Part shown: positions 33,785 to 45,700 of the stretch, piece by piece
Numbering within the stretch: the first letter of the stretch is position 1
Layout of the letters: each line of letters begins with the position of its first letter
Virus record (IMG/VR): IMGVR_UViG_3300006109_000424
Location: 7,617-71,616 of that record
Length of the DNA stretch: 64,000 nt
From: a virus
Direction: 5' to 3' (one strand)
Position numbers and translations under genes: made by a program
Notes under the pieces: generated by a model
Database searches by the model: none
What the model was told of the DNA's origin: nothing
The model's input: only the letters and a program-made list of their open reading frames with translations

Positions 33785-36700
33785 TTATAGCCCACGCAAA
33801 AACCTTGCAGCTAGAGTATTGGTTTCTTGCAAAGGTATTCCGTTAGATGCAGTACCTGGACCTTGTTGATACCAGGTGACACCTCTGCGTACTAGCATAG
33901 TAACATCAACCCCAGCTGGCGGTGCTACATCAAAGATTATTTCTGTTGGATTAAAGTTGGCCACAACATAGCCGTCTAATACTCGTGTACCACCCACATA
34001 TACTTCTAACTGCTGACTGGGGTCGCCTTGGCCGTAGTCAAAAGATCCAGGTTCGCCAGTTACAGTACCGTGATCAAATGGAACTTCGCCAAATCCTTCG
34101 GCAGCGTTGTAGGTTAGATGTATATTATAGGCAATAAACTCGGTTGTGACTCCGTCGGCTAGGATATTATCGCTTACAATATAGTTCTGATACTCAATCG
34201 GCAACAGGTTACCTCGTCCCAGATTGTAAATTGCAGAGCCCGCAGCGTGTGCGCTAGCGGCAGTACCGGCTGTACCTCTTAATAGGTTACTCACTGTGTT
34301 GGTGTCCAGATCCCAGTTACGATACATGATACGTTCTGCACCAACTGTCAACACTCCCCACACATTATTTTGCAAATTTGGTTGCGTTAACGCAGACACA
34401 TTAGCTACATGTACTACATCATCCGTGGCCGCCAAGGCCTGAGTTAATACAGTTGTAGTAGCTGGTGTGATGCTGTAGGTAGCCTGTATTCCTCGCATGT
34501 CCTGGAAGATTCTAAAAGCCATGGCACTGGGCACAGTGTATTCTGTAAAGCTGACCACTGACAATACTGTCTGCAACGGAATAGGTGGACCGGGCAATAT
34601 AATGGTAGATCCGTTGACTGTAAATCCTATTCCGTTAAATAGCCATTTTCCGTTTAAATTTACCAACAGTCGGTCTGGATCAACAATGGTAAATCCAAGG
34701 TCAAACACATTTTGTTGTACTACAATGCCTTCGGTATAGTCATACGATCCTGAAGTGCTATTGACCACTGCTGTATCAAAATTGACTGTATCAAATCCTT
34801 CAGTAACTGTTTCGCCCTTAGTGGTAGGTCCGACAAACACGTGAATTGCAATGCCCTGTTCTTTGGTGCTATTCCAGCTGACAATCTCAACAATGTCTCC
34901 AACACTAAGTCTTACACCGGCTGAAGTTTGGAAAGTCAACTGGCCATTGGTTACCCAATATTGCGCTGCAGTCCTTACAGCAACCAGCACAGGAGCACCA
35001 GCGGCAGGAGACGAATATAGATGTACTGCACGCGGAGTTGTGCTGTTGACATATGGTGTGATTGTGAAATCGATACCCAAGATCAATGCTGTATTGTTGA
35101 CGTATACTGATACATCGTTATTAGAAATCAATGACTGACTATAGCCACCATTTTGAGGCAGATCAAACAAGGTTGTGACTCCGTCGCCCACGTAAGGAGC
35201 ACCTTCGTATGGCCGAGCCTGTACACCGTTTACAGTGACTACTAAATTTACTGGATTAGTGCCCGACATGCTATTGGTCAAGGTAACGGTCTGACTAGTC
35301 ACGATGTTAGAATTGGCCACTACAGTTTCAAACACTGGCAAACTATAGCTATAGGTAGGACCAGTAGATGGATAGCCCAAGGTGGCTAAGTTGATACGAT
35401 CAGTGGCACCGTATGTCTGAGCAAATGTGATTTCCGTTTGGGTTGATCCTGCACTAGCATAGGTATAATCTACCCCCAGTTTCAAAGGTGTTTCGCCATT
35501 GTAGATCACAAATTCATAAATGGTTCCTGGCACAGGCGGATTATTGTCAAGAGTTGTATAAGGCACAATCAGTTGTTTGCCACCGATCAGATCAGATCCA
35601 AGACAGGTATGATTGTACAACTGGTTGCCACCTCCTACACCAGTAACATAGATCACTAAGGTATCACCGGGGTTAGAGGTGTCTGGATCCACAGTCAATT
35701 CCCAATTGGCCCAATCGTATGAAAGTGGTTCTAGTGCTAGTCCTGCTGTGGCATTAAACAAGACTACTACCATAGGATTGGCTAAAATGCCGTAAAAATT
35801 CAATACTGGATTGGTAGGATCGTAGGTATAGCGTTTTGTCGCGACCGGAAATCCAGCGCCTTGCCCGGTCCAGTTTGTGCCCGGTGTGGTATAGACACGC
35901 AGATCTAAACTGTCAAATTCGCCACCAGGTATCAGTTCTTCGGGTGCATGGCTACTGAACACATCCACGTATCCGCCGCCACTTACGTTGATATCTGTAG
36001 GTCTAGTTCCTAAATAGGTATCAAGATAACTGCTAGAATATTCAGCATCCAAAATATTATAATCGTATGTGGGTCGACCATTGAGATCGATTGATATGTT
36101 GTCATATGGATTTATATCGTAGTTGCCTACATCGTAGCCGGTATTTTGATCGTAGCGTGGCGCTGTAACCTGCACACCAGGGTAATCAACACCGTCAATT
36201 AACAAAGGTAAACTGAGTCCGGGCATGTTGACGCCGGGTACATAGTAACCCATGGTGCGGTCAACTCCGCTTAAGGTACTTGCATTTACCAGACTCCATT
36301 GGGTTGGATCAAATATTGTGCTGTCTACCGTACTGTTGGCCGACCATACTTGGTTGTTCCATCGCACTTCGGCACCAGCAGGATAACTGACACCGGCTTG
36401 CCATTTGGCTATGGTAGTTTTGTATTGGTAACGATCATACCTGATGACAGTTTTAAATGACCGCACTAATCCATTTTCCATAATCGGCACTGCAACAGCA
36501 TCTTTTCCATTACCGCCAATCAGTACAATAGAAGGAGTGATAGTGTATTTTTCAGTATTGTTGGCAATTTTAACAGCTATAACCTGACCAGAACTATTGA
36601 TCACCGCGGCAAAGTTACTATCAACAACACCGTTGACCATAACCTGCGGCACAGAAGTATATCCCGATCCTGGGTTGGCAATTGTGACTGATTCAATCGA

Positions 36701-39700
36701 TAATGCGTAGTTATTATACCATTTGTTCCAAGGTTGTTCCAGCCAAATCTGCGCATTGCTAGCTGTATCGCTGACAGTATTTTCTATTAGGCTGGTTGAC
36801 AAGGTGTAAGGCGTCAACACTGGACTTATAAATTGTGGAATTTCTACGGTCGTATCCCAATGGGCCGGAACATCATAGTCAGTGGGTGATCCACCCCAGA
36901 TATCTGTGCCATCATAGATTAAATTAAAGTTTAAAACCTGTGTGTGGAAAGGTTTGACCTCTTGAAAATAGTCTTCCACAAAGGTTGAATTATCAGGTTG
37001 ATACAATTGGTATGGCAAGAGTGATCTCAGGGTATGATCAATTTCAACAAAACTAGTTTTGATCAACCAGTCAGGACTGGTAAATTCTGAATAGATATAC
37101 TGGAACATCAGGATCAAGGCCTTGTTACGCTCAATTAACAACTCGTCCGTAAACAATTCTTGATTGATAGCTTCGATTATGTAACGAGTTTCAATGGCCG
37201 GATATTGATCAAAATACTGCGCATCAAATGGTTGTACATCAAACCCAAAACCGCCTGCTGATTTAGAATAGTTCCATAACGATTCGCTGAATTTGATAGT
37301 CCCGTCCTGTAATCCAACCCGTTGCCAATCGCTGGCCGTACCGACAACAGCATTACGCAAATAAATTTCCCACTTGCCAATGCCGTTAGCTGTGACCTTG
37401 ACACTACTGCCCAGCGGAGCTTCTGCAACGCTTAAGGTCTGCAGGCCGGATACATTGGTCACTTCGGCCACGGGCTGTATACTGCTATTGTAGCCGGGCA
37501 AATACCAGTTGATATAACTCCAATATAACGGAGTATCATAATTTTGTATGCGCACCAATTGCAGTTTTGGTGGTAATACTACATTAGCGCCGGCAACAAC
37601 TTCGTAAATAGTCCAGCGACCATTTTGACTGCTGTCTGATAATACCAAATATTTCCAGCCAATGGGTACCTGGGCAAGATCTTGATAGGCTAGTATTTCT
37701 AGATTAGGAACTTCAAAGTTCCATGCTCCCGAATTGGCCTGCGGAACTGGTTCGCTGCTGTTTAATAAATTAAAGTTGCGAGTTTCACTAATGGGATATT
37801 GTGCCAGCACAGTGTTGGCTCGGCCCAAATAGTTTTGTAATGCCATAAATCTATCAGCAAACATACTCTGGCGAGGACGGAACTGTACTCCGTACTGCTG
37901 ACCCGGGCTTAATGACGGGTCGGGCACAAGATTTCCAGCGACATCCTGGCCGCAGAAACTGTCTAGTAATTTTCTATACAAATTGGCGTTGAGGAACGAG
38001 TCTGGTCGTCCGTCGGCAATAAATGTATATTCGGTATGTATGTCACTAGAACTGCCCTGGTGTTGGCGTTCATATTCTATATGCAACACAGTATCACTAG
38101 CCGACAACAAACTCTTAGCGTTATATAGGGCCACTGTGTTAGCATTTATGGCCGCAATGTATGGAATACCACTGCCTACTGGATTTAAAATATAACTAGC
38201 AATGCCGGTAGTGCTGAGTGTTTTTCCATTGGCTGTATCGATGCTGGTTAGTCCAGTTACCCAGAAATAATAATTAGTGACAAATATACCGGCACTATTC
38301 AATGAAGAATGTATGGTATAGCTAACAGTACTAAAAGGTTTGCCAGGACCAATATAACTAGCCGGTGGCACATCACTTTCTATCCATTGATAGATATCAA
38401 TGCTACTGCCCGGGAAAGTCTGTGCCCACTGGCGACTGGCGTAAGTAATATCTTCTTGATTGGGTTCAACAAATCTTACAGTGTAAGTATTCCACCAAAT
38501 TTGTCCCACATGGCCGGCGCCCCAGCTGATACCAGTATTATGTACAGCGCCCTGGTTATAGTCAGCTGGATCAACTGCACCAATATAATCTATATTCCTG
38601 CGGGCCACACCCAGTATTTTACCTTGCAAAGGATCAATAAAATCAAAATAGGTCTGAGTACTGTTCAACAATTTGTTGTACGAATAAACTGAGTTAATCA
38701 ACGTAACATCGGCCACCGGAAATTGTTTGTAAATTGTAGTCCATGACGGAGTGTCGTTGGGATTTTTAAAGATAGCCACTGACCCGTAGTTGTTGGTTCC
38801 GGGAGCTCCTACTAATAACAATCCGTTGCCGTAGTTGACCGCTGTACCAAACAGATCCAAGGTACCAATATTGGATGTATAAATTTGTTGTCCAAATACA
38901 AACTGTGGAGGATTGTTTATGGAACTGGTTGAACTAGGTAGATCATCAAAGGTATAAACTACTCCGCTGTTGTGTACAGTGTTAAAGAAGGTAGTGCTGT
39001 GTTCATCAAAATAAGTTTCGCCAGCATCAAATGTAGTGGGTTCGTAGGTGTTTCCGTTAGGTGCGCCAACGACTAAATTTGTGGCGCTGTAACTGACATC
39101 AATTGAGCTACCAAATCTAGCGTAGGTAACTGGATTAGGACTTTCAATAGTTTGCGTGTAAACAAAAGTCTTAAATCCAACGGCTTCAAATGCCGATCCA
39201 ATAACTCCGGGCAACACTGTAAGCATGTCATACTCGTCTGCAGCCAAGGCATTGATCACGCTAATAGTAATTCTACCAGCTACCACAGTAATTACACTGC
39301 CCATGGGCGGTGTGGTCACAAATGCTATTTGTTGTGTGGTGTTGTTATAGGTGTAATTTACACCGTTGGGTAATTGCAACACCGAGTCAAGGTAGACCAC
39401 TGTATTATATGCTGTAGCGGATGAATAGATGTTGCCAACGTCAAATATCTTAGTTAACCCATCTCCGTACAAGATTACATCGGGTACCAGGGTCGCTACC
39501 ACATTGGGTATACCCGATGAATTAATAGCTTCCGCAAATCCTTTTATGGTATTATTGGGTACGGCTGGCACAGCTATTTCTGAATCATTAATACGCAAGG
39601 TATCGCCAGCAGTCAGGACAGGATTGGCCACAGTACTTGTGGTCACCCCATACAGTCGAGATTGATTCAATTGCCGTTGTACCAATCCGGCTTGAGCTAT

Positions 39701-42700
39701 GATAATTTTATCCTGTTGAACATATGTCAACGGAGCACCTACATAAACACTACAATTGTGCGGACAAACAGCCACGGCCCGGCCAAACGCCGATTTGTCT
39801 ATTACAGTATCGGCTGTGAGTTTTTGCAGGAACTGGAACTGATTGGTTTCAATTTCTAAAATATCTCCCACAGTTAATACAACACTGCTGGATAATATCA
39901 AATTAGAACCTGTGACAGTAAACTGCCCGTTGATATACTGTGCTGTGTTGGTTAAAAATTGCTTGTTCAGCAACACCGCCACAGGATTGCTGATACTGCC
40001 CGGGATTGCGTAGGTGGTCTGACCGGCGTTAGACACAATGTATCTAACTGTACTTCGATCAAAAACATAGGTTGATCCAGCGGTAGCAATAATATTTCTG
40101 TCGCTGTCAATTGCGCTATCGTTGTCTGCACCAACAATTATCTGTCGGCCATCGGTGGAGCAAGTCAAGCTAACACCAAAATTGGCATCGTCGGCTAATC
40201 CTGGTACTGTGATGTCATTAATATACTGCCAATAGGATGCAGCATCCACTATGATTGTGGCGCTCGGAGCCGGCACAGTCAAGAAAGTAATATTGCCACT
40301 ATCAAATGTATAATCAATGTAGGGTCTTTGCAACACACCATTAACATACACAGTGAATGCGTCAATTGTAGTAGCTGTGTACAAATAGTTTTGCAGAGAA
40401 AATACTGCGGTGTTATTAACACCAACCCCAGCAAATGTAAAGGCTGTAATGCCGCCAGCATTAACACCAGTTACCGTAATGGTTAAATTATTGGCCGAAC
40501 TGCCTGCCGGGTCAATGTGTGTATAGTTAATTGTAAGTGTGTCACCAATTGCATATAAATTACCCGGAGCAGTTAAAGTGACATTGTACAATCCGCGAGT
40601 GTTTGTCACAGTAAATGTGGCATTTAATCCTAAACCGGTGGTGCTGTTTTGTTTAACATCGTAGTATACAGCATAATCTAATTGTGCTTGCACTCGACGA
40701 GAGATAATAACAGTTTGTCCAACGGCTGGCGCAACAAACAGTTGTACTAAATTTTCAGTCACAGTATAATCGTGTCCGTATATCAATTGAGTGCTATTGA
40801 TTCTAACCGACAACTGCAAAGGATAAGTGTTATCAATAACAATGCTGTTAACATAGCTAAATGTAGCAGTGGTGCCATCCCCGGCATAATTTATTTCCTG
40901 TGCCGGTATATCAACCAGACCATAGGCATATACGCGATTGGCTCCAGGTGCACTGATATACATCCATCGCTCGTCGTCACTTATGATCACGGCTGTTCCA
41001 AACCCTGTGGCTGAAAAATTCTGATCGGGTGCAACTAATAATTGTGTTTGTAATAGGTCGTTGGTGCCAGCAGGTTGATACAAGGTAACTGCATATCCAG
41101 CACCAGAATTACTGAGATTTGCACCAGCTACCACCCAGGTTTGATCTCCAAACGCCACACTGCTTCCGTAGCCAGCTACATCAGAGGCCAACAAGTTCAG
41201 TTTGGTATTTTGTACATACGGTGCAGAAATGCCAGGTCTATAGCTGTATACTGCACCCATACCAGAATCCGCTGTTGGGCTTCCTACCAACAAAGACAGA
41301 TTGTTACGGCTCTGTGCTACACTGGTACCATAGGACGAATCAGCTTCGGGTGTTGATGCTGCAATATTTTCAACGTTTGTGAATTGATATTGTTTTTGTA
41401 TAACCTCCCAATGTCCGTCGCCGTCGTTGTCTACCCAGACCGTGGATCCGGGCACCAAGGAATTAGCATAGGGCAAGTTGACCACATCGCTAGACTGCTT
41501 TACACGCATGGTTTGTAAGCGGAATACTAGTCCAGTTCCGGTGATTGAAGTTTTGTTTTGATTAGTAAATGCGTATTGTATTACCACCGTGTTGATTGTA
41601 GGAACACTTAAAACTCGATAAACGCCGTTGACGGCGGAATCAAATAATTTGATGATGATCAAATCACCTACTAACAATCCGGTGGTCAGACTGTTAAATT
41701 GAGCTATGCTAGTGCCGTTGAGATTGTCAGTTAACTGTGTTAATTGACCTGGAACTTCAACACACTGATAAATGTTCCAATCGTAACTATTGTCTTGTGC
41801 TACCCAAATACTGGTTCCGATGCCAACAGTTGACAAATGTGACGCAATATTGCTAGGATCATTCAAATTGTAGACTGTGATATCTACATCATTCACATTG
41901 ACATAACCTGCAGTGGGCAAGGCTGTGTCAAGATTCCTACTGTAGGTTGTAGGTAAAATATCAGTGTTGGGTATTTGGTAACTTTGAGCCCAAAGATTTT
42001 TCAAGTATATGGACTGATCGGCCTGGCTAGTGTTGCCTGGATTAATAATTTGCACTGTGCTAGGATTTCCAGTCAATTTGGCTTCATTGAGATTGACCTC
42101 AAACCAACTGCGGTTGGCGTTAGCACCGTAAGTACCAACCAACACTCCCCAATCTTGATAGATATTGTATTGACCGGCGGCCTGATTAAAGTTGACATTG
42201 GTCAGTAGTTCGGTTGCATTCAAAGTGCCCTTGTTTGCAATAAATTGCTGATAGAGATTAACCTGACTTATACTGTCTAGGTTTAGATCGGCCATGTACT
42301 GTCGTGGCACAAATCCAATCAAATTAAACGCCAGGAGATCGTTGCTATTGTTAAGATTAGCAGTTTGCACATTATAACTGTTGGCCAACTGATCAGCTCG
42401 CAATGTTAAGTTTTGCAAAAGACCTTGTTGTATACTTTGATAATTGCTCTTGTACCAGTTTGAATAAACAAATTTTGTAGATGGCTGTATAATTCCAGCG
42501 GCTTGCCAGTAGCTGTATTGATAGGTAACAATGTCACCTTTGGTGTAGCTGGTATTGGGTTGCCATTGCTTCACTGTGAGTGGGTTGTTAAGTATAAAAC
42601 CTTGTGCGTTTAATGTGCCATCCCATTGAGTTGATGTCTGCGCAGACAAGATCAAACGACTTTGTCTTTCGGCTGTGACCGGATCATATATAAGATCGTT

Positions 42701-45700
42701 AAAAACAGTACGATTGTCAAATACTACAATATCTTCAAAGTCGGTAAATTTTATTTGTACAAAACTAATGGTCTGATTACCTCCCGGGGGTGGTTTGGCC
42801 ACAAAGGTATCACCAAGACGTTGTATAATCAAATTTCCAGGATTAATAACTCGACGATTTTGATCTAGAATTACTGTTTCAGGAGTGTAATTTACTATGC
42901 TGTTGACCACAGCACCAGGACGATACACCGACAACTGTGTGGCTGCTGGATTTAAATTGATAATAGTTCCAGGCATCCATCCTTGGTTGGCAAAATACAA
43001 AAACTCCTGTGCCATCTGTATCCAGTTGAGCGTGTAGCCATTTTGCAACTGAGTGAATGTCATGCCTTGATCTGTAAGATATTGTCCATAGCTCAGAATA
43101 AAATCTACGGTGCTGGCCAGATTAGCAAAAGTATATCCATACGGAATCTGCACAATATTTTTAGAATACTGAGACGGTGCCGAAACCGAGGTGTTGCCGG
43201 CTGTGATTGTTTGTGTGGCAGAATTGATTAGGCTGGCATAGGTTGAAAAATACGGTTGATAACTGCTGTAACCATAGATGGTATATCCGGCTTCAGCGAC
43301 TTCAATCACTATTGAACTATAAATTAACTGCGAGTAAGGTTGATTCTGATACAGTTGTAAATTATAACTTTCTGACGGAATCAACAGAGTAGCATTGGTA
43401 CTTTCTGGCCCAGACCTTTCCAGATAGATGTTTACATTTTGTTGGGCAGAAAAACTAGCCATGCGATAGCACAATCTTACATCAAGATTGGACAAGTCTG
43501 TAGTCAAGGCATCGGTGCTGTTTATACCCAACAACTGATTGTAGTCCACGATCCAGTTGATATAACTAGCCTTGCTAACACCGTTTCCGTACACTTGTAT
43601 TTTACTAGGATCTATTCTGTAACGACCATTATAAAGGTATTGGTCAAACTCTGTGTTGTAACGATATAGATCGCGATCTGCAAACAAACTAAAAAATTCA
43701 GCCGGGCGGGTCAAGGCCAATAGTCTCATGATTGCAAAAGGATAGCTACTACTCATCCACCACGAAGCTTCTACTGGGCCGCCATCGCCCACCGTCCAAC
43801 TTTTAACAAATCCATAAGGATCAAATCGACCAACTACACTTTCTGTTGGTGGTATCAACTGTCCTTGATCGTCAACTGGAATTACCGATGTTAATCCTGG
43901 GCGACGATAGCTGGATCGAACATAAGGGGATATAGGATCGGCCACAAGTCCAGTTTCAAGATCTCCCCATAACACCAAATTGTCACTGGTATATGGTGCA
44001 GGTCCGTAGCGGGTGACCCACCAGTCGGGTTCCTCGCTAAATCCTAGCATTTCCCACGGAGTAAGATTTGGAGTTAAGGTATCATAAAACCAACGATAAA
44101 TGCCGCGCCAAGCGCCTAATAACGGTGTACCGTCAAGTTTATTACCAGCTTGGCTGTAATTATAAGTGTAGGGATTATCGGCAATGTAGGTTTGTGCGGT
44201 ATAATCTACTTTGTTATAACCAACCCAGGCCAGGAAACTTTCCCCTAGTATCTGAGTAACTTGTTCTTGTGTGTAATCTGTAGTTCTGAAATAGCCCGGA
44301 ATCACATCCTCGGCTGTAAGAGGAGGAGGGTTGCCGTCATTCTTTAGATTGTTATAAATGCGAGTCTCAAATTCCAATAGTACTTGATCCCGGATGTCGC
44401 CAAAGGCCACAGTGATTGATCCGTCATGTCCTTGGATAACTGGTGTGGGATTTACATAATCGGTGTCTAAGAAAATTTCTGGACAATATTTAGGATACAG
44501 GCCCAACTTGGTTGGTGTGTTGGGTACAAAATTACCAGCGGTGTTGCTGTACTCATTAATAGTGACCACATCGCCTACAATCAACGGAATGGTAATGGTC
44601 AATACCGGACTGTCAGCGGATACCACATAGTCACGACCGCGAGTTAACAATCTATTGTTGACATATACCAACAAGCCAAGGTAATTTGATTCTGTAAAAT
44701 TGTAAGTCTGAACGGTGTTAAAAACAGCCGTGGTTATTGGATTAACCGTAGTCGAGTTTGATACAGATACTAGGCCTGTAGGCAACATGTCGCTCCAATA
44801 AAACGGACTTGTGCTTGTGTCTCCTACGGTAATCTTTGTAATGGCGGCATCTAATAGTTGTGCCACTGTTTTGTTTTGATAATCACCAAGACTGAAAGTC
44901 GTAACTGCTTGCAATAGTTGTGATTTGAATTGTATGTATTGTTGGCTGTTATAGGCCAACGCATCAAAAATATTGTACCGCTGACTACGCATAAAATAAC
45001 CAGTCAAGGTCAAGGGCGAGCTTTGTTGTAAAATTTGCAGACCGTATGGAATAATATTGCCTAGATCTCTAGTGTTGTTTGCACCAATTACTGGACCTTG
45101 CAACGGAATAAGATTTTGCGCAATGGTACTGTAATGGTTGCGTATGGTTCCTAGAGTAAACCGATCACTGTTGCCATTAAACGGATTATTTTCTAAATTG
45201 ATAGGAACTTGATAGAATGCGGTGGTACTGGTTTGATCGCTCAGGACCTGTACTTCAATTAAATCTCCCGGAACATAAGTGGTCAATAAATTGATTGTAG
45301 TAGTTGTAGCTGTGGTGGTGTAGCTGTAGTTGTAGCTTTCTTGAAATGTGGCATTGACAAATATCTGCACAGCAGGAACGGTGTTGTTGGTATTGACTGC
45401 CACATCCAACAATAAGGGACCACCATCATAAGTGAATGTAAACTGCTGACGTATTAAACTTGGTGTTTTTGCAGTTTGCCAACCAATTTCTTTGATAAAA
45501 TTGGTACGGTTTTCATATTGCCGCGCGAATCCAGAACTGAGAGGCACTGTGTAACCTTGATTGTTTTGAGTGTAGTTGAACGAATCTGTGTACAGGTTGT
45601 TGTCAAACACAATATCGCCTATATTGGTCAAGCTCAAATAAGTTATAGGAAAGCCCAGCACTAGATCTGGTGCACCTGAGCTGACTGCATAGCTAAACAA